Shown piece by piece: positions 47,861 to 59,932 of a stretch of 64,000 nucleotides of DNA. Numbering within the stretch: the first letter of the stretch is position 1; each line of letters starts with the position of its first letter. Made by a program: the position numbers and the translations under genes. The DNA is taken from the NCBI GenBank assembly GCA_000091205.1, contig AP006494.2; one strand, given 5' to 3'. The notes under the pieces were generated by a model. The model searched no databases, was not told the origin of the DNA, and was given only the letters and a program-made list of their open reading frames with translations. Source of the stretch: Cyanidioschyzon merolae (lineage: Eukaryota).

Positions 47861-48599
47861 AGACAAACGTTGCTGGCGAGCCCGTAGCTCTCTTCGAATG
47901 CCTAGCGAATCTCGCTCTTCCAAAGCCCTAGAGATACACGGCAAAAACGCATAATGCTCTGTTCTCAACATAGGTAACGAACAAGCACAGGAACGGGAGT
48001 TGCACTTCAATGAGCTCCGCAGCGCTTGCGCGTGAGATTCTCACGCGTAGCGACTTCCAGGCGGTGCGCGCTGAGAAAGACCCGCTGATCGGCACCGGCA
48101 ATGCAGACACAGAAGGCAGCGTTCTCGCTGCGAGACTCGTTCGAACAGCTTCAACGTGTTGGACCAGGTTTTCCTTATGAACAGCTTTTGTCCAGGTTCT
48201 GGTGCAAACCATGGATAGCTATGATACGTAATCTGCGGGCCGTGACATATGGGAATCATCGAAAGTACGGTTCGTAGTAAACGATAGCAAGAATCAGCCG
48301 GTGTGATATGCGAGGGACACCCTCGGCACAAAATTACGGCCTTCGACCACAAAATTGTTCCACCTTCAGGTGAGTTTCATCAAGTGCGTTTTCGCGGTGT
48401 ATAGCAGACGCGTTCGAGGTGGGTTCACTCTAAGAAATAAAAAATCCATAGGAGAGATATGGGCGAAGAAGTCGGGGATCTGCTAGGGTCGGCATCGCCG
48501 GCTGCAGGAAAACACGAAGAAATCCTCTTTTCGCTGACCATGGGGCGAAAAAGAACAGCAACAAGAGCGACGATACTCGAGGGAAGGTGTTTGCCCAAC

Positions 48600-48875
48600 G
48601 AGATGATGACGAGATTGTAGTGGCATATATGGCACGAGTATTAGGAATTTTTGCACCTGTGAATTCAGTCAGCGTCAATGCACGCATGGAGTTTGTGACC
48701 CGACACTTCAACGATGCTATTGGTATCAGACGATGTATGGTGCTAAAGACGAGACCCTAGGACCTGCCACGATCCATCTTTGTGGGGCAGCCTCTCAGGC
48801 TCGTAGTGTGTGAGCAGAAACTGAAACGGATTGCAGGCGGTCTGTCATAAAAAGGCTGGGTGGCGTCTGTGAGTG
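48600..48875 (+). mobile_element. Fanzor/TnpB-like element, copy 4. It is a short 3' fragment in which the RuvC-III catalytic Asp is lost.
   Basis: MEFVTRHFNDAIGIRRCMVLKTRP...FVGQPLRLVV... aligns to copies 2 and 3 (EFVNRDFNAAINIRRC / FVGQPLKF). It ends in ggctgggtggcgtctg. The start coordinate is approximate. Confidence 0.4.
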
Positions 48876-49690
48876 GGTATGTTTATTCACTTTGTGTTCG
48901 TGGAAATGTTTCCGTTTCACTGACTGTCTTGGACCAGACATCATCCTGGGTGCTCGCATTGCGCTTCGAAAGGCCATATGACGTGATGGGGTCACGGCAC
49001 CGCGGAGCACTGGCACGTCCACTTGACGACCGCCACTTCGGACGGTGCGCCCTGACTCGGCCTCCACAGAGAGGCACCCCGGTGCTGCCGCATCGCCCTG
49101 CATCCACAACGGCGGCATGCAGATCGCCCCAGCCAGCGTCGCTGTGTGTGGATCGTCGCGCATGCTCGGATCGCGCGATCCGCTCGCCTTCAATGCGACA
49201 GGTGCTCCAACGCTTTGCCACGTGTCCGTTGCTGAATGCGTGCAGTCGCGATCGCCGTCACGCACGCACGCATGCACACACGCGGGCGTATGGCGGTATT
49301 GAGGCGTTTGCATTGGCGGGCGCTCTTTCTGGCACTGCAGCCGGGTCCAGCGACAGGCACGTGGCTCAGGGAGCAAGTAGTAACGCCTCACCAGCATCGA
49401 GCTTGCGACGTGCAGGAGTGTACGCGGTGCATCGATGGAGACACGCCTACGGACACGTGTGCGACATTGGACTCTGGCAGTGAGCTGGCCTAGTCAGAAT
49501 GCACTGACGGAGAGATGCAAATGCACACCTATAAAGCATGGATTTCGGCGAGCAACCAGGAGCATTTACAGTACACCACCCGAAAGATCCATGCAAGCAA
49601 ACATTTCGCAGATACTCTGGGCGGCAACCAGGAAAACTGGACGTACACACATCCAGATCATACACACAGACCTGCGTCCCGCCCAAGGCC

Positions 49691-51398
49691 CTAGCTCGAG
49701 ACCCCCGCCGAGTCGCCACCGCTGAGCCAGCGCGTGTGCCACCGCCGCCCCGGATCGTCCAGACGCTCGTAGCCGTGCGAGCCGAAGCAATCCCGCTGGG
49801 CCTGAACCAGCTGGCTTGAGCGCAGCACCGCCTGTCGATACGTGTCGTAGTACGAAAGGCTCGCGGTCAGCGCCGGCGCCGGCACACCCAGCGATGCCGC
49901 CAGCCCGACAACACGCCTCCAGCTCTCGTGGCGACGTCCAATCTCCGCAGCCAGGTCAGCGTCCAGCAGCAGATTCGGCAGGCTGGGGTCTCGTCGAAAA
50001 GCGCCCTCGATCCGCTCAAGCAGCTGTGCCCGAATAATGCAGCCGCCCTTCCAGATGCGCGCAAGCTCCCCGAGATCCAGCGACCAGCCCTGCTCGCAGC
50101 TCGCTCGATGCAGCAGACTGAGACCCTGCGCGTAGCTACAGAGCTTGCTGCAGAAGAGTGCGTCCTCAATAGCAGCGATCAACGCTCGCTCCGCCGATGC
50201 ATCCGAACGCGACGTCGACGCCGACGCTCGTACAGAGCCAGACGCTAGGGCGGCGACACGCTCGGGAGCTGTGTCCGGTCCAGTTTCAGCTACAGCGCCA
50301 GCGGCTCCGGGTGAGGCACCGGCGGCCGCCAACTCGGAGGCGTGCCCCGTACCCGAGAGCCGCTCGGGTCCGCGGAGCACCCGCGACGCACGCTCGCGCT
50401 CGTCCTTCCGCGCTGAGAGGAAGCGCCCGTCGAGCGCGGCAGCGATGGTCGGCACCGCCACGCCCCGCCGCAGTGCCTCCGTCATCGTCCACAGGCCAGT
50501 GCCCTTGCTCTCACTCCGGTCGAGGATTTGGTCTACGAGCGCTGGCGCCGACGCTGCCGACGAAGACGTGTCAGGCACGCGTAGAATGCGCGCGGTAATC
50601 TCCACGAGGAAGCTTTGCAGGGCGCCCGCGTTCCACGAGGCAAATACTTCCGCAGCCGCCATCGCATCCAAGCCAACGGCACCCCGAAGCAGGTCGTATG
50701 CCTCGCCGATCAGCTGCATATCGCCGTACTCGATCCCGTTGTGCACCATCTTCACATAGTTCCCCGAGCCGCCCGGCCCAATGTAGGTAACGCACGGCCC
50801 AGAGCCGGGTACCTGCGCCGCAACCTGCTCCAGCAGCGGCGCAAGCTGCTGGTACGCCTCCCGTGAACCGCCCGGCATCAGGGAAGGCCCGTAGCGCGCA
50901 CCCTCCTCGCCACCGCTTACAGCCCATGCCTACGTACAGGAGGCCGCGTGCCGCGACAGACGCAGCACGTCGCTCCGTATTCTCGTACCACTCGTTGCCG
51001 CCGTCCACGATGATGTCGCCCGGCTCCAGAACCTCAGCCAGCGCCTCGACGGTTGCGTCGACTGCGCTCCCCGCCTTCACCAGCAGGAATACCCGCCGCG
51101 GACGCTTCAGCGAAAGCGCAAACGACCGCAGGTCCGCAAAGCCGGTAACGCTCCCGCTGGCTGTCGTGTCATCTGCCGCGAGCTCCCGCTGCGCCCGCTC
51201 AACAGTCTCCGCCGTCCGCGCATACGTTCGATTGTACACAGAGACTCGCCAGCCGTGCGACGCTAGGTTCAGTGCAAAGTTCTGACCCATGACCGCAAGG
51301 CCAATGACACCCGCGTCCGATATTGCGCGACCTGCAGGATGTGACGACGCGCTTTCCCGGACAGCACTCGACGGAGACGAGCCCTCCGTCGCAGACAT
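49691..51398 (-). CDS. 6-phosphogluconate dehydrogenase (decarboxylating). The reading frame is split by an apparent 1-nt insertion near 50915-50925 (ORFs 50571..51671 and 49691..50878).
   Basis: The N-terminal NAD(P)-binding region reads GVIGLAVMGQNFALNLASHG...GLLYVGMG. Then the frame is lost where VSGGEEGARYGPSLMPGG is expected. That expected sequence is recovered exactly in the -1 frame and continues into ORF 49691..50878 (YIGPGGSGNYVKMVHNGIEYGDMQLIGEAY...). The likely ATG is at 51398. Confidence 0.8.
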
Positions 51399-51959
51399 GA
51401 CGGCAGCACCACATGCTTGTGCGCGGCGGCCTCGGAGCAGGCACCAGCGAGCGCTTCGGACCAAGCTCAGGCTCCATGTCGGGTACGTACGTCTGGGTGT
51501 CCAGGAGTGCGCACGCGGAGGCGCCCAGCGTCCGAAGCGCACCGCAGCGACAGGTGCAGCGGCCCAGCACAGCGCACCGCCACTGGGACTCCGGCGAGTG
51601 CCCGCTGTCGTCGCCATCCTTGAGACGATCCACAGGTGGTTTGCGTGACCGAGGGCGGCCGGCCTGTTCACCGGGTGCGCCTCCTCGGTCTGCCGCGCTC
51701 TAGACGGGGCAGCGCGCAGCGACTGGCCGTCTGGTGCTGCTTCCGGGACTCCTCAGCTGCCGATCCTGTGCCCCGGCGCGAGCACTCGGCAACTTGACGT
51801 CTGGTGCTCGCTCAAGTCTCTCACGGTCACTACGACAACACGCACGCTCAAAAGCTGAGCACAGCGAAAAACAAAACCGATCCGCGATGCACGGGGGTGC
51901 TGCAGATCGATGCAGTCCGCGTCACGAGTTCTCGCAGTAGCACGAATACCACCGACAAT

Positions 51960-51961
<2 letters not shown>

Positions 51962-51997
<36 letters not shown>
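51962..51997. repeat. (CAG)12 microsatellite.
   Basis: Twelve perfect units are read directly. Confidence 0.9.
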
Positions 51998-52000
<3 letters not shown>

Positions 52001-54610
52001 GCAACGCAACGTACTCGGTCCACAAACAGCCGCAGTCAGCGACGAATGAGCGGCTCGCTCAGTAGCTCGCAACTGCAGCTCCAGCACGAGTACGCAACGG
52101 ATCGCAGACAGCCGCCACGAGGCCGCAGCGCTACGCACAGCGCGCGACGCACCGTCAAGCGCTATCCTGCGCTGGCGGCCGTCGCCGCAGCAACGCAGGC
52201 GGATCGAATGCGCACGGGTATATATATGAATATGGAACCTCAATCATCACTTGCGTTCAAACCATAGCTGGAAACACCGCGTCCCATCTCGAATCGCGAA
52301 GTTAAGCAGCATTGGGCTCTCTGAGTACTGTGATGAGGGATCGCACGGGAAACGGGAGTGACGCTAGTTCGCTTTTGCCACCACGTCGCGCTGACCTGTT
52401 CTAAAGCGCGCAGCAGCAGACGCGAGCCGGGTAGTCTGGCGGGGAAGCACTGTGAGGCCGGCTTGCTCCGGAATACACTTGCAACCGGTGGTCCAGATCG
52501 ACGACGATAACGAGTGGGTAACTGCGGAGGCCTGGTTGCATAGAGCGATCTTGCAGCGCTACGGACCGCAACACCTGCCGATATTCTGGAGGAGGTGCGA
52601 TCGCCCCCGCACGACGAACCCCGTAGCACCCAGAGGGAGTACGCACCCGCGCTACACCATGAATGCTAAAAAGGGCGGCAGGGCAGGGGCTGTCGCCCCG
52701 AACGCGTATTGCAGACAAACTAGCGCGTCACGTTCCGGTGCGTCACATGCACGCAAACTCGGGTGCCGTACGTATTCATGGTGCTCGACACGCATTCTTC
52801 CCTATGGTAGTGTCAGATTGGAATGAAACACTGAATTGGTCGTTCGGTTTCTGCCTTTCCACTTTTGGATTCGATATATAGCTTCGACATTCCAAGCGCA
52901 GGAATGCTTGCGTACTGATTTACACGGCTTTCCTGGAGTCTGGGTCGTCTTTTCAAAACGACTTGTTCGATCCCTCTCTCTATTGTTCGTTACGGAAGCT
53001 ATATCAAGATGCTTCGCCACGCTACGGACAAAGGGCTCCTAAAATAATCGTTTTCATTATCCATTCCGTGCGTCCATGGCTCCGCTGCTCTCCATGCTTT
53101 ACTTGTAGCAAGCCCAAATCCCGAACTCTTTTACGTTGCGATCTTTCCGTATCTCGTCAACTTGTGCGCGTAGCAATTCTTACCGTTGGATCGATGAGAA
53201 AGGGCCATAAAAGTAATACCCCGACACATTGTTCACGAAATCATGTCGAAACCTCACGGAACCTCACACGTCAATAGTTGATTTCGTTCGGGCGAGGAAT
53301 CGTCCTTTCTTTCCGGTCATCGATGAAATTGTATACAACAACCGTGTGATACCTCTCAAGGGATACGCTTCCGGTGACTTCTGTTTCTTATTTTTGCATG
53401 GAAATGGGTATTGGCCTCGGGCTCTTGTCCTTGCAACGATCGCTTCCAACGGCGAGACGTCTCTGCTTTGCGCGGAAGGAGTGTCGACGAATCGAAATTT
53501 CCCGGTCTCCTATCCGGCCTAGATCCTCCATCTGGTACTTGTTTCATCATGAACAGAATCGAGTTCCACAAACCCTCTGTAGAATCGAATAGCGTGCGTT
53601 TGGTCGTACAGCGAATATAACAATCGTCTTGGAGGATCGCTCAGAAGAAGCCGATGATCTTCGGGTACGAGACCTGGCCTGGAAACAGAGAATCGCATGG
53701 TGCAGAGCCTCTGGTGCCCGTCGAAGGCATCTACCGAGCGGTAAAGCAAGCGTTCACCCGCCACAGGGCAGCGTCCTGAGGCGAAGGATCGGTAGACAGA
53801 TGGGAACACTCGACAACAGCCACGAATCACTCTTCCACAGGACACATCGAGTCTGGATTAAAAGAGCGTGTAAACGCCAAGTGATCCGTAGATCGCACCT
53901 TTTGCGTGCACATGAAATGCCTTGACAAAGACCTTAAACAGCGAAAACGGGACCCCAAAGCTGCCATCAACAACCCTCGGCCGCTGACAACAGAGCTGGC
54001 GGAAGAGGAGAGACCAGCGTATTAAAAGCCGAGGCCAAGAGGGAGGAAAAGGAAGCAGCTGCATGAAAAGCTCGCAATGGCTGGCATTGATGAAAGCGGG
54101 AAAGGACCCAAACCTGCCAGTGTACACCCGAGTTAGGTTTTTGAACCCGTTCTATTGTGGTCTGAGATGGGTGTATAAACGGACCCAGAGAGTGCGAAAC
54201 CTCCACTTTAAGATTTCATACAATTCATTAACATGTCCCTGGGGAATTAGGGCTTTTACAAAAAATGACTCGGCCTGTGCAGCGCAGTCTGCAGAGTATA
54301 AAGTAACATCCTCCGCTCTTTCAGAATCGTAGTTGACCAGGCTAGCTCGCAATGAGCAACGTTTTTGCTACAACCTACTCCATAACGTGAGCAAGAACGC
54401 GCACTTCCTGGTTGGCTCCATCAATTCCCGGGAAACATCGCTATAAGGTGCGGGTACCTGTTGGCGAAAGCAAAATCTCTTGCCCTTGCACCCCAAGCAG
54501 CTCTGAAGCTTCAGGATCGCACTAGAGTTGGCGGATCTCGTCTGCGCGCAAGCCGCGGCCGAAAAGATTTGCCCAACACCGTAACACAGAGCTAAACTAT
54601 CCAGCAAACA

Positions 54611-55510
54611 ATGTTTCTGTGGGCTTCGAGCCCGTGCTTGGTAATCGGACGTGGAGCGTTCCCTCTGGGGAAGAGTCGCTCGCTGACCTGTGGAGCAAAC
54701 AGGAGGAGAGTTTCGTCCCTTGGAAGCATAGATTCTTTGGGAGCAACGCTGGGTATTGCGCTCACTAGGGAACGAGGGAAGAACTCTAAACTTGCGACGC
54801 TTGTGCGGCGCCGGCTCCCAGAAGCTCGCATATACGAGCTGCCGTGCATCGCTCATAAGGTTCGGACAGATGCAGACCGCATCGTTCAGCTGCTGGCATC
54901 CGACGCCGATTCCATAGACTGGATTCTCATAACGTCACCGACCGCGGCTGAAGTTTTCGCCCAGGTCGTCCGGTCTGCACAGGAGCGTGGACTTCAACGG
55001 CTGCCACCGATAGCGTCTGTGGGTGCAGCTACGAATACGGCGCTTTTGAAATATTCCTTGCAAGCGAACTTCATACCATCGCGTGCGATTGGTGCATGTT
55101 TAGGCGACGAGTTACCCGTTGAGAAGTTGCCCAAGGTGCGTATTCTGTATCCGACCTCTGCGAGCGCGAGCGATGAAATTGAGAAACGTCTCCGCTCGCG
55201 AGTTCCCGCGGTAGAATTCATTCGCATAGATATGTACGATACCATCGAGGCGAAATGGACAACAGAGGACATTGACACTGCACGAAACAGTGTCGACCTT
55301 GTCACATTGGCTTCGCCTTCAGCTGTAAAGGTTTGGGCCCAGCGGGTTGGAACCAAGCAGCCAGCTGTGTGCATCGGAAAGACCTCAGCAGATGCAGCGA
55401 AAGAGGTCGGATTCAGCGAGGTGTACGCACCGTCTGATCCGGGTTTAGAGGCCTGGGTGGATACGCTCGTGCGAGTATTTGAACAGAAGCGCACTGAGAC
55501 TCGAGGATAA
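54611..55510 (+). CDS. Uroporphyrinogen-III synthase (HemD/UROS)-like protein with an N-terminal extension.
   Basis: Two-lobed HemD pattern with the blocks DWILITSPTAAEVF, IASVGAATNTAL, RILYPTSASASDEIEKRL, EFIRIDMYDT, VDLVTLASPSAVKVW and AVCIGKTSADAAKEVGF. Confidence 0.55.
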   Translation: MFLWASSPCLVIGRGAFPLGKSRSLTCGANRRRVSSLGSIDSLGATLGIALTRERGKNSKLATLVRRRLPEARIYELPCIAHKVRTDADRIVQLLASDADSIDWILITSPTAAEVFAQVVRSAQERGLQRLPPIASVGAATNTALLKYSLQANFIPSRAIGACLGDELPVEKLPKVRILYPTSASASDEIEKRLRSRVPAVEFIRIDMYDTIEAKWTTEDIDTARNSVDLVTLASPSAVKVWAQRVGTKQPAVCIGKTSADAAKEVGFSEVYAPSDPGLEAWVDTLVRVFEQKRTETRG

Positions 55511-56112
55511 AGTTCCGCGTAGTGCGCCACGACGCCGGTCGGACTGCGAGCATCAACCGTTGGATAGCGTGCAACCTTGGCACATGAAAAGTCATGCAAG
55601 GTACGATGGATGGCGCGCACACTGACCGGTTGGCGTGTATGGTTTTCCGACGCAAGCAGATGATCTGGATGCGCGTTATTCTCAGAGCAGCGCATTCTAG
55701 AATACGTGTATAGGCACGGCCTTTTTATTTTTTTGTTCTCTACCGCGTATTCAGCAAAAGGGATGTGTTCTGCAGATTGGAGAAAGGTTGTGGAATATGT
55801 TTTTGAAGTCACTGCGAGATTGCGAAGAAAGACCTGACTCGTACGCGTGGACAATGCTATTTTTTAGCAGGGGGATGGACGAACTTTGTCTTTGTGTTTA
55901 TGCGGAACATCATGCGCCCAAAACAGTACGGATCAAACTATGTCGACGACAAGACGATCCTCTAGTCAATCCATCCCACTCCATGCGTTCCCTTGGAAAC
56001 ACTTCGAAAGAATCCATAGCTTCCGAAGTTTCCCTATCATTGATATGTGCTTTGATGACGAGACACCGGTGGACAAAGAAAATGCACACTTGTTTAGGAG
56101 ACCTTTGCGCGT

Positions 56113-56571
56113 TAAACAACACACATCGATTTCGCGCTGAAATGCGAGCACTTAGATCAAGAGGGAAGGGTGTTCGTCGCACTCGATGAGATTTCACTCG
56201 TGGAAAACTGTAGACCAGTATATGGGTACGCTAAGCGAGGCGAACGGCTGTTCGTAAAGAAGAGACAGGCGAGCAGAACAACAACATCCCGCCTAGCGGC
56301 GATTCAGTCATATGATCGCCTGCGAATCGCTGAACAGATAGGATCCTTCAGCAGCGCATACTTCGTGGACGCACGATGTGGCTCCTCCGTTCCGCATTCC
56401 TCTGCCTTGCTTGTAAACCACGTCGCATTCGATTGCTCAAATACAGCTGTGGAGTACGAAGCTGAAAGGAATATTGAGATGCTCTCCGTGTCGGCCAGTT
56501 TTCCCTGCCCAGCTCTCTTTGAGCGTATCGTCTCTGTTGCCAAAAGTCATTCGACGCGTATTGATAAATAG
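56113..56571 (+). mobile_element. Tc1/IS630-like DDE_3 transposase remnant, N-terminal half of the catalytic domain only.
   Basis: RVFVALDEISLVENCRPVYGYAKRGERLFVKKRQ...RLAAIQSYDRL...FVDA matches the DDE_3 start (vvfiDEsgf...rGer...vsvigAis). It aligns to the degenerate copy at 13263-13511. A possible upstream continuation in another frame is at 55886-56140 (W..FPIIDMCFDDETPVD). Confidence 0.4.
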
Positions 56572-59403
56572 CAGAGTCCTTCGCGCTTCTGACACGGAAT
56601 TTCTTCGATAAGTCGGTCTCTACGTTCATCAGCCCTGAATCCATCCGCTCCTCCTCAGCTCGTGCACGGATGAGAGCGGAAAGATGAGATTCAGGCCATG
56701 GGGGTCGCGCAATGGAGACGGTAACGAAAAGGTACTCAATGAGTAGTAGACAGACATACTGAAAAGGAATCTCGGTCAAATCATCAGTATGATGCGTCAG
56801 AATCCTGAGGGAAAATGGAATGGCGTATAGCGGCCATCTTCATGCAATCCTAGACCGTACACGAGAAGGAGAAGAGACCGCCGGACGTAGAAAAGAAAGA
56901 TCCTTCCAAAGGAAACGTGCATGTACAGTAAGTAGAACGAGTCGGAGCAGAAATACCAGTCTGGAAACTTGTCAAAGCGCTCCTAGTAAAACACGTCAAC
57001 GGGGCCAAGGTCTCAGAAACGCAACATGCAGGGCGTCATTGGGGATTGCGTCGATCCGTACTCGAGAAAGCCTCGCCTAGCTTACCTCGCCTTTAAACAG
57101 CTCGTTAAGAAACTGTTCGCACGAGTTCTGGACACAGGGCTGCCAGCTGTCCATATTACTATAAGATTTTTCAATCGAACCTTTCGCGCGACAACATAAC
57201 TGTGTCCCCGGGCATAAGATGCAGTAAGACGAGAGTGTATACTCAGTGAAGAGCACGAACGCTTTCCAATAGATTTTGACACGTCGCCGCACGACGTCGA
57301 CGACGGGAACATCGAGACAGCGCCGGCGCCAGGGAGTATCAAACGAACCGCCAAAACGAAAACCGTATGCGGGTCGCTGTCGAGCGCCTCATGATGCGCA
57401 ACCTGTGAATGAAGTACCCATACCTCACTGAACCAGAAAGATGGTGACTGATCCAACGCATTCTTCGGGCGTCTATGGAGGCAAATGACGAATAGGGCTT
57501 CGCGGGAGTGCATGCGTTGTTACCGAGTTCAGAAGCAACAGTTCCACGAAAACGAGGCTCTCTTCATATGGTCCAAGCTCAGGATGTTACCCTCGGCCTC
57601 GGAGCAATGCACGTCGTATTCAACGGATGGACGATACACGATGTCTTCTTTGCATGTATACTTCGCTACATGGTTTTCATGAACGCAGCCCTGCAGTGCA
57701 AAGCAGACTTCCTCATGGAACCCGAATGCCCCGCCCGTCTCGAGCTGCTTTTCGACATGGTCCCTGTACGTGGCATCAGGACCATTAGATAACCGTGGGC
57801 GCTTCTGTTCGGTACCAAATGGCGTCCTCAGTGAGCCGTGGCTGGTGCCTGTGAGCAAATACGAGCACTCAGCCGGTGTCAAGAAGAGCACACAGGGTGC
57901 TCGTTCAATTTTTCTGGTTTACAGGAAGGGAACACAGAGAGGTTTACAGGTTCTATGGAGACCGATGGAATATCGATCTGCATGCAATTTTGTAGAACTA
58001 TGCCCGAATCGAGCAACGAGATGCATTCTTATCCGTTTACAGTAGTTGAAAAGAGAGGCATGTAACGGGCGGAAATCTCGAATAGAAGAAATCCATGGCC
58101 GTCGTCAAAGCTTTGAATCACAAGGCTAGTGCCTGCTGCCTAAGCATAAAGCTGATGAAGCTGCTCAACTTTCCCCGAGCTGGATAGCAACAAGAACCAG
58201 GCATGATGGACTTCAGAAGGGATATCAGCGAATGAAATGTCTGGGCCAGGACGCAGCTCGACTTTCGGAGCACCGCATCAGTCGGGGAGAGATACTTTGT
58301 ACGCTTCGTTCAGAGAGAAAATGAGCGCCTGACTGGCACACAGAAACGATCTTTGATGGGCGTGCATGAGACTGCGCTGAGGTTGCAAACGGTCTCGGAT
58401 GTACAAATGCAATAAGCGTGCATTCGACAACTTGTTTGGTCAGTTGGAGACGGAAATGACCGATAAGCTGCGTCGTTTGATGGTAGCCTATGGCGCTAGA
58501 CGTGCTGTAGCGTGCGGTCGCTGTATTCCGGCGACCCCGCGACGGAAGCATACAGCGAGTGCAGGAATCGATGCTGTAGGATTCCCATCAATGCGTTGAC
58601 GGCGACATTCATGCACCACGAGCACAGGTGCACGTCGGAAAATGCCAGAGAAAAGGAAACTGCAATACAGAGCGACGCGCTAGATGGTTTCCAGAAAGCT
58701 AAGCAAAAGTCATATGGCAAGGAATAGGAAAGCGAATGGCTTGCTATGTTGTAAATCAACCTGTAACCATGCGCGCAAGAACTTTTTGCAACCAGACTCG
58801 CATGCCCTGATCAGCAACCGGTAATGTATCGTGCTTCCCAAGCGTCCAGCGGCTTTGAGTCAAGCGATTTCTCGAGAAAATGGTTTCGTACTCAGCGTAC
58901 GCATTGTGCTGAAACACTGAAGGTATCTAACCAAAAAAACCAGTTGCCAGGAGAGGAACGGAGAAAGACTTGCCTCGGGTAGTGCAGTGGTAGCGCACGG
59001 CCGGGCGATCCACCAATGCTAGAGCACCTTCTATACACAACAGCAACGATTTCTCTGGGCAATTCCTGAGCAATAATGGTGTTCCATCATTCAATACCAC
59101 TGAACGTCAACTCCTGCCACAGGCAGACCTTACTTCGAGCCATCGTGCGCCAGGTTCTATGTCGGACGAGTGCCACCTGCCCGTTTTCCAAACATTAGAT
59201 GTCACACAGAGCTGGTGCCTTGAAACCTTTTGCCAATATCCTAGGACCAAGACTTACAGGCATACGCTCGCGTCTTCCGCCAGCGACGACTGAAGGACGC
59301 GTTGCTGCATTGTGCTGCGGCAACTCGGGTTACTCCGTGAAACCAACGGTTACTCATCGAATCCCTGTCAAGTAGGTTCCACAAAAGCGATCAGCTGACG
59401 AGC

Positions 59404-59643
59404 CTAGCAAACGTGACCGCCACGGAGCGCCAGAACCAGATGAAGGACCGAGCCTCCCTCTATGTTATACTCTCTTGCGGAACGATCGTCGGCGAGCTGT
59501 TTTCCTCCAAAGATCAATCGTTGCTGCTGCGGCGGTATGCCTTCCTTTTCCTCTATGCGCTCCTTGATCCTCTGTATAGGGTCATGCGGTTCAATATCTA
59601 ACTCGACCTCCTTGCCTGTTAAAGTCTTGACTTTAACCAGCAT
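59404..59643 (-). CDS. NEDD8: NEDD8/RUB1 ubiquitin-like protein with a 3-aa C-terminal propeptide.
   Basis: [50 protein letters not shown]...[17 protein letters not shown] is nearly identical to NEDD8 over its length. The ATG is at 59643; the caller's ORF is extended upstream. Confidence 0.85.
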   Translation of the reverse strand: MLVKVKTLTGKEVELDIEPHDPIQRIKERIEEKEGIPPQQQRLIFGGKQLADDRSAREYNIEGGSVLHLVLALRGGHVC

Positions 59644-59932
59644 CGTTTCGCTGGGTTCGCTTCGTAGCTGGAAACAGAACAGTTTTCCAGGATATTGATG
59701 CGGTGGCCTGCACGCTGTCCCAGCCAGCATGGGGTGGTGGGGGCGTCGTCCACAGCGCGCGCCTTTTCCGCGCCATACTTCGCAACTTCATTTGGAGCTG
59801 CAAAGGTGAAAGGAGTCGCGGATTCACGCTGTACACCTTGTCACGGGTCCTTGTTTGATTGTGTCTGTTTACTGGAAGCAGAAAGAGGTCTGACGTGCGA
59901 CAGCACTCTGGAGCTGATAAAATGAATTAGCA

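Noticed and set aside
49691-51671. Treating ORFs 50571..51671 and 49691..50878 as two separate genes.
   Set aside because: Together they encode one collinear 6PGDH. The N-terminal ORF's tail after GLLYVGMG is out-of-frame nonsense, and the expected residues are in the adjacent frame. It is a single gene with an indel.
58960-59030. tRNA-like stretch (gggtagtgcagtggtagcgcacgg resembles a D-arm).
   Set aside because: No matching 3' acceptor strand (cccgagg), no anticodon stem partner and no T-loop GTTCGAATC-type box within 90 nt. So it is not a tRNA, and at most a decayed tRNA-derived fragment.
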